The notes beneath the pieces were generated by a model. The model did not search any database. It worked only from the letters and a program-made list of their open reading frames with translations, and had not been told where the DNA came from. Below are positions 35,450 through 49,099 of a stretch of 64,000 nt of DNA, piece by piece. A program made the position numbers and the translations under genes. The number at the start of each line of letters is the position of its first letter. The first letter of the stretch is position 1. The stretch lies in the NCBI GenBank assembly GCA_016748015.1, contig JAAOMT010000657.1:525464-589463 (forward strand), written 5' to 3'. Source of the stretch: Geosiphon pyriformis uo1. Taxonomy: Eukaryota; Fungi; Glomeromycota.

Positions 35450-38400
35450 GATATTGTTTTTATTATTATTGCTGTTTATATTAAAAAAATAAAGGCTTTT
35501 ATTTAATTATAATTCAAATTAAAAATGCTTTTAATTTATTAAAATTAGTTTTATTAACTCTTGGTTTAAACCAAAAAGATTTTTTTAAACAAAATAATAT
35601 TAATATTAATAATTAAAAAATTGGTTTGTTAAATAATTAGCAAATAATATTAAGTTAATTTATTATATGTATATTTTTAAATAAAAAAATAATTAAGTTA
35701 GTTATTTAACACTATAGATTTTTAATTAATAAATTTGGTTTAAATTAAAAATATATTAACAGTGTAAAAATTTTATATAATATATATTTTTTATATATTA
35801 AACAAATTTATATATTATTAATTAATAACTCAAGTAGTCATTAATAATTAAATTATACAATAATTTAAAGCTCTAATTTATATAATAGTAAAAAGAGTAA
35901 TTGCTTAAAAAATTTTTATAAGTTCAAATTTGATTAAATTTGTCAAAAATTAAAAAAATAATTTAATTTAACTGAAAATTAATAATAAAATCCATAAAAA
36001 CAAATAATATAATATAGATTTCAAATCGTAATAATGCAGTAAGTTACACAAAAGTAATACAAATAAGATATTCGAATAGACCAAAAATAAGAGCTTTTGA
36101 ATAAATATAAATTTGTATATATAATTTTAAAATTACTAACTTTTTTTTAATAAGTACAATCTAATTACTATTTAATATAATATAATTATATAAAATTATA
36201 AATTAAACATAATTCAAACTCTTTTTATATGTAACTAGTTACTTAAGTCAATTAAAACTAAATTACATTAAAACTACAAAAAAAAACTTATTTAAAAAAG
36301 CTATTTTTAAACTATTTTAATTATTTTATAATTTTTATAAGATCAAATTTTTTTTTCAAAAGTTTTATGCTCTTATAGTATTATTAAATTATTAATATTT
36401 TTTTATATTTAAAACTGTTTGAATTTTTAATTATATTAACATTAATATTAAAATTAAAAATATTAAATTTATCTTTTATATTATATTTTATTTGTAATAT
36501 TACTATTTTTTTATTTAGCTTATTAACAGTTTTGTTAAAAATATTTATATATATTTGCCAATTTTTTATTTTTATTTACAAAAAACTAGTTAAAATTTAT
36601 GATTATTTTTAAGAAATTGTTTAAATATAATAATTAAAGTATTAATAAACTTAGTAATAGACTTAATCAAAACAATTAACTTAATCAAATCAAATTTTAA
36701 AAAAACCAACTAAAAAAAAATTATTAAATTAACAACAATAAAATAGCAAAAAAAGCAAAAACAACTAAAAAAACAAAAACAAAAAAAGTAAAAAAGCAAA
36801 TATTTTAGTATAAAACTTAATAATTATAAAATAAAGCTTAAAAACTTTGAAAAAAAAGTAAAAACTTTTTATAATTTACAATTAAATAGTTTAATTTTTA
36901 ATATTTAAAATAATACTAATATTTAAGTATTTTTTACCAAATACAATACTTTTTTAGAGTATTAATTCTAATAATAATAATATTTAACTTAATTTTAAAA
37001 CAAAAATAATAATTGTATATTAAAATTACTTAATAAAAACAGAAAAGTAAAGAATAAAAAAAGTATAATTACCAATTTAAAAAACCAAATTGTTGATTTT
37101 AAAAACTATATAAACAAGAAAAAAATTAATTAATTTGGTTTAAATATATTACAAAAAAAATCTAATATTGTTTTTGTCTATTAAAACCAATAAGCATATT
37201 AAAATAACTGTAGTTATATTAAAAAACTTTAATAAAATTTTAGAAACTTTATTATAAATATTAAAAACTATTTTAATATTAATTATAAATATATTTAAAA
37301 ATATATTATACAAAACAAAACAGTAAAAAAAAACTTAAAAATTATTATAATTTAATAATTTTAAGAATAAAAAAAAAACAGAACCAGTAATTTTAGCTTA
37401 AAATACAATATTAAAAAGCAAACTTCATATAAAAAATTTTATATTGTTTTTAAATACAATATTAATAAATTATATATAAACTAAAATACAGTTTTATTAA
37501 ATACTAATTTAATCTTGAAAATAGTTTTATAAATAATCTACTTAAAAATATTTTGTTAATTAAAAATTGTTTTTTAATTAAAAACAATATTAGAAAACAA
37601 TAAAAAAATAATTAATTTAGTTTCTATTTAATTAGATTAATTCTTAAAATTATAATTTAATAAGTTAATTAAATAAAACATATTTAAAAACATGTTTTTT
37701 TTTGCTTTTAAAACCAATAATAATTTGTTAAAAAACACTATATTTGGCAATATAACCAGTAATTAATCTTAACTTATTTTAGAAAATATATTAGTATTAT
37801 TATTGCTTATATTAAAAAAAACTAAATTTTATTATAAAAATTTTATTTAAGATTTTATTTAAAACCACAAAAAAATTTGGTATAATAATAACAAATATAA
37901 ATAATTATTATTGTTTTTTAAAGTTTGGTTTTTTTAATTATTTGTAAATAATAATAATAATAAAAGTAAAAAAAATTAATTTGTTAATTAGTTTATTATT
38001 AAATACTTTAAATTATTTAAAAAAAACAAAAATAATATTAAAATCAATTTTAATATGTTTTTTAAAAAAACTTTAAGTAATATTATCATTCTAAAATTAT
38101 AAATTTAAGTAGTTTTTTCTAAATATTAATAATTTCAGTTGGTAATATAAATATTATATATTACTATTGTCTTAATTATAATATAAACATAATTATATAA
38201 ATTTATTTTACAATATATTAATAGAAAAAAAAAATTATAAAAAATATTTATAAAATAAAATAATCATAAAATTATTATTGTTTATTTTAAATAAAAATTA
38301 GCTTAAGATTTATTTAAAAAATAATAATTAATTTTTACTTAAAAACATAAAAAATAAATAAAACTTATAGAAAAAACCAAAATTATTATATTAAAATCAA
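35450..38400. other. Unassigned hyper-AT degenerate repeat sequence
   Basis: Composition only; family not recognisable by eye. Confidence 0.4.
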
Positions 38401-39968
38401 ACTGTTTTTGATTGGTTTAAGCTTTCTGTTGAATTTTTAAGTAGTATAACTTCTTCTCCTGTCTGCTTTTTTTCTTTGACTGCTTTTAAATCTTTAAATG
38501 TTTTAGAGTCTTATAAGTTTAAGTTAGTTTAAGTTAGTTTGTGATTATTTGTTAGATGTTATGGCTAATAGCCTTTCTGTCTATATAGATAAATCTTTGA
38601 AAAACTTAGAAAATATTAATATAAGAACTAATACAGTGGTTTTTTTTAAAGATATAGGCTTGGGTTTAGGAGTTAGGGTCTTTGGTCTAATGTTTTCTAC
38701 TTTGATGGAGTTGTAAGCTATTGTTTTGGTTCTTGAATACATTACTTTTCTAAACTTGGTTCAGTTTTTTATGAACAGTCAGACTGTCTTAAATATATGT
38801 AGGTCGAAATTGGGTCTAGTGTGTCCGAATTTTTGGATTTGGTGTTGGATTAAGCATCAGCATATTATAAATATTATTAGGAAAAAGAATTTAAATGTTA
38901 GCTGGCACAAAGTGAAGAGTTATTCAGAAGTCTCAAATAATAAATATGCTAATACACTTGCCAATGCTGCTTTTTTTTCTCCCTAGTACCTTCCCTCTAT
39001 TTGGAAAAATGTTGTATTTTGGCTAAGAGTAGTGTCATTTCTGGTAATTTTAGATATTTTGTTCATAAAGTTTTTCAAACTATTCATTATGCACATTGGA
39101 AAATTGGTTCTGGTTCTAAAGTTTTGATTGGTAATTTGCTTTTGGATATCAATTGGCTTATCTTATCTTTGGTATGACATTCTAATTTACACATGGCTGT
39201 TGGTGCTCATACATATTTTATAAAGGCTTTGCATTATTGGCTATCTGTTGCTATTAAAAAATGCCTATACAACAAATATTACCCCAGTGTGTTGTGTTTG
39301 TATTGTAGTAATATTGAGGTTTTGGACCATGCTTTTTCTTGTGTAGTTAATGAGTCTGTTTACCATTAATTGTTAGATGCTTATGTGGCTGCTTGGAGTG
39401 CGCTTTTTGGTTTTTTTTTTGCTTCTTTATGTGTGTTTTAGTTGTTGTTCTCTTGTACTATAAATGTTACAGTATGCATGACTTTTTGTAAGAGCTTTGT
39501 GTTTAAAAATTGGCTTTAAAAGACTATGTTTGTCTTTAATGGTTCCAAAATTACAGTTTGGAAGATTGTGAACTTTGTGTGTGACTTTTGTCTTACTTTT
39601 AGAGATGAAGTTTGGTTAGTTTTTGCTAAATATTGTGCTTTTATAGAAAAAAATAGGTTAATACCAGTTGATGGTTTGGCTTTAGTTATAGTTTCTGGGT
39701 TGTTTTTAATGCTTTCTGCTGGTATGATTAAATTGCTAAAAATTGCTGAAGCATTTGATGTAGATTTTGGTTTTTATAGACTTAGTTTGTTTTTTTAGGT
39801 ATTGGGACCCAGTTTTGATTTATGTAAATACTTAGTGTTGTTTTGATTGGCTTGAATGACTGGTCATGTGTAAAAAATGCATGATTCATACCTAATTTAA
39901 ATCAATTTTTAATGTATGGTACTAGGCAGTGTTTAGATCTCACTCATTAAACAAATAAAATAAAAAAA
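38400..39968 (+). mobile_element. LINE 3' fragment with RNase H, CCHC motif, 3' UTR and A-rich tail
   Basis: VYIDKSL (from YTDGSL), LMEL*AIVLVLE, WHKVKSYSEVSNNKYANTLA (RNase H), CLYCSNIEVLDHAFSC. Confidence 0.88.
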
Positions 39969-40109
39969 TCAAACCAAAATTCTTTCAATTAGTTATTAAA
40001 AGAATATGGTTTTTAAATATTCAATTTAAAAATTAAAAATAAATAAAATTAGTAAGAAATTATAAAAATAATAGTATTAATACAATATTATTAATAATAC
40101 TAAAACAAT

Positions 40110-43100
40110 AGTTCCAAAAAAGAAAACTCTTTGTTTCTTTAATTTTATAATCATAACCAAAGCAAAAAATAAAAAAGCTGTAACTAATACCTTTTTTTTG
40201 GTATTTCATAAAGTTTTAACCAAAAAAGTTTTTTCTGTTATAGAAGCAGCTAGACAAAATATTTTAAAAGTTAAAATTTTAATTGAACTAAACCAAACTA
40301 AACTTTGGATATTGTTCAAGTTTGGTTTAAATTATAAACCAAACTTAAATTACTTGTTTAGCCAAAAAAATTAAGAAAAAAGTTTAAAAAAAAGTTATAT
40401 TTATTCTCTTTTTATATAAGTTTATTATTAATTTTATTAGTTATAATCTAATTTTTTTTAATAGCTTCTTACTATTACTCTTGATAATATTGTAAATAAT
40501 AATACTTTTGTAAAAAAGTTAGTAAGAAAATTAAAAAAAAAACATTTAATAAAACTCAGAGGACTTTTGATTTCAATGCTTTGATCATATTCTAAATTTG
40601 GTAATACAAATAGTTCTAGATAAAATAAAAAATAATGTTTTCAAGATATTTATTAAAAATCCAAACCAAATATATTTATCTAAAATTTTTTTAATGTAAA
40701 CTTTGTATAAATTAAAGATTAAGAAACTTAATTCTGCAATCTGTATTTTACTTTAATGTTTTGAGCTCCTTAAATATGTCTATAATACATGTCAAATTAA
40801 ATACCATAAACTTATTCTGGATTGTTTCACCCAGTAAAATTCTACTTATAATATGGTTAAGAATAGATTATCTCTTAAATTAACAAGTTATTTATTTCTA
40901 ATTCTATATATTTTGAATACAAAAATTTTAACTGTAAATTTATAAACATTAAACACCTTTATTAACACTTATATTAATCTCTATTAATATGTTATTTCAC
41001 ATAATTAGTAGGCTGTTTTTGATAAAATTGCAAAATTTTTTGAACTATTTAAAGATATTACAATCAAAATATTATTCTTAATTATGTTGAAGATATGGTT
41101 AATAATAATAAATTTGGTAAAGCATTATAATCTTAATTGTATTTATTTAGTTATTTATTTGACATATTTAATATTAGATTTATTATTTATTATGGCAGCT
41201 AAGGCAGCAAGAAAAAAATTAATTGAATATTACTTTAAAACAAATAAAACTATAATGCTCTGTATTGTATTGGATTCAAGAAAAAAAATTTATTATTTCA
41301 CAAAAAGGGAATTTTCAAATAATGATATTAATAAAATAAAAAAATTGTAAGTTATTAATTTATTTAAACAGTTATTTTTTAACTTTTACATAATAAATAA
41401 ATCTTTAAAATACATCCTTTTTTTGAAATAAAGTATATATTAAACATTATATTAACATTAAATAACAGTTTTTTGTTAAATAGCAATTTTAATAATAATA
41501 TAATATTAATCACATAATTTATATTAAAAACAAACTTTGACAATGATAAAAAAGAAAAACTTAACAAAATTGATTGTTATATTTTTAAAAAAGTAGTTAA
41601 TAGAAAAATAAATATAATAATATGATAGAAAATATATTACAAAAAATATTTATCTAAATTAATATTTTATTAATAATTCGATATTTAAGCACATTAAATA
41701 CAATTTTTTTATCTTATATATATAGCTTGTAATTATTTGGCAATTCAATATTTTCGATAATAAATACAAAGACCATTGAAAAGAAAATTAAATAATAATA
41801 TAGTATAATATAATGTTTTTAATAGTCAAACCTGAATATGTTTATGAATTTTAAACTGAACCTAAACCAGACTTGTTGTATATATTTGGATTCAGTTTAA
41901 GTTCAATAATTTTAAGTCTGATTTAAGTTTAAATTCGAAATTTTGCCAAGTTTTTTATTCAAATTCAGTTCAATTTAATGGTTTAATTGAACTTGAATTG
42001 AATTAAACTAAATATTGAAACCTTATTAAAAGATTTTTTCTTATTTAATAATTGTGAAAAGTGGTTTTTGGTAACTATTAAAGCATTTTTCTTATCTTTA
42101 GCTTGTTTTTTACCAGTTAAAGTTTCCTTAAAGAAACATACTTAAATTAGTTCCAGTATTGCCTCTACTTTTTTAAAGAACTCAAAAGTTTTTAATAACA
42201 GGCTAGTTAACAAGCTGGTTTTTTCTTTTATAATTTTTATACCAAATACTGCTAGCATTTTTTTTAAAAAAAATAGTTAAAAAAACCCAAAAGTTTAAAA
42301 AAATGGAAACAATTATTTGTTTCTGTTATTGTTACATTAAATCTTTTTGTGATTTTTAATAAAATTTTAAATGAAATTTTTAATATATTATTTAGTATAT
42401 TGTTCAAGATAAACCAAAATCAACTATTGACTGTATTGCTAAATGTGATGTTTTTTGGCAAATTTTTGCCAGTTTTAAAAGTAAAGTAATTATCTTTTTA
42501 GAGTTATTTATTTTTAAAAACTGGACTAACCAGATAGAAACTGAATTATTTTCTCTATTGGTTTTTGGTGCTGCCACTAATGGTACTTAGAAAACTATTA
42601 CTAGTTATCAAAGATTTATTGAATAGATGGCCTTTATTTTGGTGTTTTGTGCTACTTTTAAGATTAAATTGGTTCATTTTAAGACTGTTTTTCAGTCTGT
42701 ACATGGTTTTTTGGATGTAAAGTCAGTATTAAAGAACAATATAAAACTCTTTTATATGGAGTTTGCTTCTTAAGTGTTTTTAAAAACTGTTTTTTGGTTA
42801 ATTTTACAAGTTTTGTTTGCTTAACCACTCTTAAAATTGCCAAATTTTTGGTGATTTTTAAGATTAATTTCTTTTTTGCTACTATTGTATTGTATAATAT
42901 GTCTTTAAAAATATCTGCTGTTAATATTAAGACAGCTTTTAGTGTTTTTGGTGAAGTTATTCATATTGTATTAAAGTCTGCTGACATTTGATAATATGTG
43001 GTTGTTTATTTTAAAAAACTAGACTTTGCTGTATCTGTTTTAAATTATTGGTTGGTTTTAATAACTAAGAATAGTATTAGGATCTTTTTTTTAATAAATT

Positions 43101-44165
43101 AAAATAAAACTATTGTATTTTATAATAAGTTTAAGACCAAGTTGATTAATCTTTTCTTTAATTGTACTACTTTTGAAATTAGTAATATAATCTCTTAAGT
43201 TAGAAATCAAACATGTTTTATTTTTTATTTTTTTATTTTTGGTTATTGTTTCTAGTTTGGTCTGATTATATTTGGATTTTAAATAGATTTAAATGCTATT
43301 GTGATTAAAATTAGTACATTGAGGAAGTATTATATTTGGTGAAAAACTCTTGGCTATTAATACTGTTTTAAATGTCAAAAAATGGGCCATCTGGCCATAA
43401 ACTGTAAAATTTTTTCACTTTTTTCTTCTAAAACTCCTAAGATATTTGCTTTATGTTTTGTGAATATCAAGTTTTATGTCACAATTTTTGCTTTTTTGAA
43501 TTCTTTTATGTTTTTTCTTCTGGTTTTTGCTTTTTTTTTTGTAGCTGTTGTTAATTCTTTGGTTTTTTTTTAGCTAATGTTTTTAGAATTCAAGTTAGCC
43601 AAATTGTCAACTTTGGTTAATTTAATTGTTAATTCTGTTAATATATTAATTACTATATTTAAACAATTTGTAAAAAGTAATTTTGTGTTAAACAATACTT
43701 TTAATCTTAAGATTAACAAAATTTTGGTGCATATAAATATCTTTAGCAAAGCTGTAAATAAGCTAAAATATAATATGATTGTGTTAAAAAATAAGTGTAG
43801 TTTTGTTAACATTAACATATCTGGTTTTTATATGAGTTTATCTGTTATTAATAATAATATGTTCTCTAATTTGTTATTACTTTGAGAACATAAATTTGCT
43901 AAGATCAAATTTGATGTATTTAAGACAACTAATTAGTTAGTAAAATTGGTTTTTAATAATACTACATTATTTAAAATTGTTCAAAAAATGTTTTTTTTGG
44001 GTAAGTTTTTTTCTAAAACATTAATATAATGTGTTTTTAATTGGTCTAAATAACTAATTACATATAAAAAAAGCATGAATTATATTTAGTTAAAATCTCT
44101 AGTTTTGGTTTTGTATACTAGATAATAATTGAGTTGCATTCATTAAATATTAATAATAATAATAA
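40110..44165 (+). mobile_element. ORF1-only non-autonomous retroposon (two RRM-like domains plus CCHC) with the LINE-type 3' end, interrupted by a hAT element
   Basis: The frame reads through after removing 40272..42025 and one TSD (EAARQNILK-DFFLFNN). CFKCQKMGHLAINC at ~43365-43405. 44020-44147 matches the LINE 3' UTR at 39845-39950, followed by (TAA)n. Confidence 0.7.
40272..42025 (+). mobile_element. Degenerate hAT DNA transposon
   Basis: 8-bp TSD TTAAAAGT (40264-40271) / TTAAAAGA (42026-42033); LILDCFTQ*NSTYNM (TRWNST motif), KKLIEYYFKT..VLDSRKK (LDPR motif), ACNYLAI; GAACT/GAACC subterminal repeats at both ends. Confidence 0.85.
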
Positions 44166-44399
44166 AAACAATAATTATTGATTATAATTATTAATAAGAT
44201 ATTAATTATTTTTATTATTTTTATTATTTTTTTAGATTATTATCTTTTATTATTATTATTTGTTATTAAATTAATTAATTAATAAAAAGTATTAAAATTA
44301 TAATATTAAAAATTATTTAATAAAAAATGCCAAAAAAAAGTATAGAATATAATTAAAAAATTAAAATTACTTATTAAAAAAGTATAAACATTAAAATAA

Positions 44400-46060
44400 A
44401 CTAATTATTATACTAAAAAAAATATTATTAATTATTATTAATAAATTTTTATCTATTATACAAAAAACTCTATTATTAAAATTTTTAAAATAATTATTTT
44501 ATTATTATTATTATTATAATATAGTCTTATTATTATCTAATATAATATAACTCCTATAAGTTTTAAATTAGATATAATTTATGTATTTACAACATATAAT
44601 CAACTATTTAACTAGTTAAAGGTATATTATATAGCTATAACAACAAAAATATTAAGATTAACACTAGTAAAAAACAAATACTTAACTTTAAAATTAAAAC
44701 CAACAGCTTAACTCTTAATTATACTTAAAAAGAATATTACTTTTTTAAAAACAAATGCCAAAAAACAATAACAAAAAAACCCATCAAAATTACTAATATA
44801 CAAAAAATTGTTTTTTTCTATTAAAGCATAATATTTAGTATTAGATAGTTATATTTTTTCTTTGTAAACAACAATTAAACTATAAACAAAGTTAATTAAA
44901 TATAATATTACAAGTTTGCTATTATCAAAAACAAATTTGGTCTTATTAATCCAGAAACTAAGCACAAAATTTTTATATAAAACCAAATATAGATTATAAT
45001 TATTTGTATTAAGAACAAAAAATTAAAAAATAACTAATAAATTTAAGATAGCATCTATTAAAGACTTTTAAAACACTGTTAAATCTGTTAGCAAACTTAT
45101 ATAAACAATAAAATCAAAATTGCAAAAAAACTATAATTAGAAGTCTTTATATTTTTATAGCTTAAACACAATATATTAAAATAATATTTGTTATATAAAT
45201 TCTTTTTAATAATAATAAAAAGTTATTTATGTACAACTTTTATTATATAAGTATAAAAATTAGTTAAAACTCTGTTAGTATACTCTAAAATTATATGTAA
45301 ATTAAAATTTTATACTAAAAAAGAGACAGATTAATCAATATTATAAAGATAAAAAACATTAATTATGCTTATATCTGAATTTAACTTCTAAGAAATCCAA
45401 TATACAGTATCTTAATGTTCTAACAAAGTGATAAATATTATTTAAAATAAATTCATAATTTATTATCAAATACTGCTTTTTAATATTAAATAATAAAAAC
45501 AATTTTAAAATAAATGTCTAAATGTTTTTTAATTTTACTAAAATCTTTCTATTCTAAATAATATTAATTATATGATAATACTTAATCTAATATAATTGTA
45601 AAAATCAGATTTTAATAATTTTAACTTAGCTTAACAAATAACTAAAACAACTTAATTATTTAAATATATTAAAACACTCCTAAACAGCAATATATACTTT
45701 AGAATTAAAGCAATTACTTGCAATTTAACCAAAATAAAAAATAAAAAATCTTAAATCTTAACTTTAATATTTATACTTAACTTATTAAAATATATTACAA
45801 CACTATTTTTAACCAAAAACAAATCAATATTTTTAACAAAATTATTTGTGAATATTATAATATTTAATATATTTGTTTTTATTAATTCAAATTATATGTT
45901 GGCAAATTTTTTTAAATTTAAAACATTAATAATAGACAGAAAATTACTTACTAAAACAAAAGAACCAGTAAAATTACCAAAAACAATAAACTCTAAAACC
46001 AGCAAAAACCATAAGAAAACAAGATTTTAAGAATTTAAATATTTTAATATTGGAACTTTT
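44400..46060 (+). pseudogene. Highly degenerate gypsy integrase region
   Basis: Weak residual similarity to integrase core and C-terminal motifs after reverting transitions. Confidence 0.45.
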
Positions 46061-46069
46061 TTTAAAAAA

Positions 46070-48820
46070 AACACATACTATAATAATTTAATAATTAATT
46101 AACAAATATAATTTTAAAATATTTAAAAAATTTTACTATTCTAAAATATTTTAATAATCTAGAAAATTTATAATAGAAACATCAAACTTATACCAAAAAA
46201 CACTATAGATATTAACAACAAAAAATATTTTATAAGACAAAAAGAGCCAGATAATACTAATAAAAAAATTATTAACAAAAGAGATCTTAAATTTAACCAA
46301 AAATTTTAGTAGATTATAGAGTCATTTGTAAATTCAAAAGTCTATGTTTAAAAAATCTATTTGAAATTTCAAAAGTATTAATAAAAAGCACAATTAAAAC
46401 AATCTTATTCTTAGCTAAAGTTTGATTAAAAAGCTTCAAATTATAAAAAGATAAGTAATAAGCAGTTTTGTTTAAAAAATTACATAGTAAATTTGTCTTT
46501 TACTTAAGACATTTTCTAACCAAATAGTTTTAGTAATTACAAAAACTTTTGTTAACAGAGCTAAATTATGTTTTATAACTCATAATAAGTTGAAACATAA
46601 CAAAAACTAGATACAAAAGTTTTTTATTCAAAATAGTTTTATACAAAACCAAAAATATAAAAAATTTGATATTTTTGTTTGTTTTTTTAAAATTAGAGTC
46701 TAAAAAACTAGCAATTGACAAAAATATTTCTAAATATCTGTAAGACTTATAAAACTTTACAACAAAAACAATAGAATTACAAATATTCAACATAATATTT
46801 CTAATTTTTATATTAATAGATATAACAATTGTCTTATCTGTATTGATTACTATATAATAATGTTCAAAAATTCACTAGCAATATCTAAAATATTTTAAGT
46901 AGCAATATAACTGCTTTTAATTCATATTATATTATTGATAAAAACATTTTTTACAAAAAAAAAGTAAAACTTATATTGGATTCTATTTTATCTATTTTTG
47001 CTATAAATCTAAAATCTATATGATAATTATATATTAACTTATGTAATTTAACTTTACACAAAAGAGAATTATAAAAAATATACTACAAAAGAAAAAAAAA
47101 ACTTTGTTCTAATTTAAACTATTTTGTATTATATATTCTTTAAATAAGCCAAAGTTTATTATTATATAATTAAAACAGTTATTGTAAATATAACCAAAAA
47201 AATAAATAAACTTACTACATATTTTGATCTTAAGTAACCTTTTTTTGAGATATTTTTAACCAACAAAATTATAGACTTTTTGCATATTCTGAAGCATTAA
47301 CCAAATTTTTTTGTTTTTCTCTAAAATATCTTTTACTATTAAGTCAACAGTAAAAAATAAAAACTGTATTAATATACTTTTTAAAACCAAAAAATTATTT
47401 TTACAAAATATATAACATGAACTGCATACACTAAAAATATGATCAAAAAGAATTTTTTATAAAATTTTTTAACAGTTTTAATTAATATTATAGATTTAGT
47501 ATTTATTAAAACTTTCTTTTAATCATAAAATTTTGATATTATTAACATCCAAGTTTTTTTTTCAAGCATTTAAAACTGACTCTTTAATAAGACATTTATT
47601 AAGTAAGCATAATAAAAAACCACATACAAAATTATTATAGTGTTTCTATATCTTATTAGAAATTTTTGATAAACTAACAGTTTTGTCTTTAAATAGCTTT
47701 ATAATAACCAAAAAAAACTGATTTTTTCTATAATATCTAAAAAAATATTATTAATAACATATTTTAAAAAAAAATTAACAAGTTTAATAAAAAAAAATAC
47801 TATTTTTAACTAATTATTCTTTGGTCTAGTTTATTATTATTAAATCAACTTATTTTTAATAATATCTGGCTTAAAAATTAATTTTTTATCATTAACCAAG
47901 TGATTTAAAAAAAAAATTTTAAAAATTTTTCCAGAACACTCTTAATTATTTGGTCTTTATTATTAACAAAAGTTTTTATTTATTTAATAATAATAAACTT
48001 AATATAACAAACTTTAGTAGATTTAGTTTTTATTAATTTGAGATATCTATAATTTTTTCTGAATTAAAACAACAATTGTTCAATAACTAAGAATTTAACA
48101 TTAGTTTTAAGCAATGTTTCGAACTTTTTAGTTTTAATATCATTTAAAATAACCCACTTATTTAAAAAAATAATAAAACTATTTATATTATCAAATTTAA
48201 AAAATTTCAAGATCTAATTTATTAATAACTTAAATTTATAATACTTAAATAAAAAGACAAATTTGGCAAAATATTTATCTTTGAACTATTGGTTTTAAAG
48301 TGTGTAATTAGCAACAGACTACATAATATGCAAAAAAATATATTCTATTCTATTAAAATTATCTAAGTTTTTGTATTTGTAAAAATTATTAAATTTTTTT
48401 ATTATTATATTAAACATAAAATTACCAAATTTGTTCTATATAGTATTATTAAAATCACAAACTTTATATTTTTATCTGTTTTTGTTTACTTAACTACATA
48501 TTAAATTAAACTGAAAATCAAGAAAACTTTTTAGCTTAATATCAACAAAAACAATAGTATAATTAGAGATAAAAAATTTATTAAAATAATAAACACCTTA
48601 ATTGATCAAAAATTTATTAAATCTTTTATTTACCAAAATAAAGTTGATATATTTTTTAATTTTTTTAAAGTTTAATTGTATTAGATATTTGTAAAAAAAA
48701 AGAGCCCAAAAAAAAGCTGGTTAGTTTTTGTTTTGTTTTGTAAATAAAGACAAGTTTTTGATAATATTCTTAAAAAGCTTTAAAATTATCAATAAAAAAA
48801 TTATTTATTTATTTTATAGT
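46070..48820 (-). mobile_element. Highly degenerate LINE ORF2 (RT) fragment
   Basis: KTVSLSKISNKI*KHY (cf. KAAGLSGISNEL*KHC at 235-280), VFINNII* (from FVDDTIW), NILDIASEF. Confidence 0.75.
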
Positions 48821-49099
48821 TACAAAAATATTCTTAATGATGTGTATTTTTTAACAATTACATCCTATTATTTTATAGTGGTTATTTTCCAAATTTTATT
48901 TTTATTATAATAATATAAATTTAGTTAATTAATTATTTAACTATAAACAATAATAAATAAAATTCTTTTATATGTCTAATTATTAATTAAAATAGTATAT
49001 TAACATAATTTATTACATGTTTTTTTTTTATCAAAATGTTGTTTTTTAGTCTTTTGTTTAGTAAAATTTCTCTACAAACAAGACATAGTGTATTATTTT

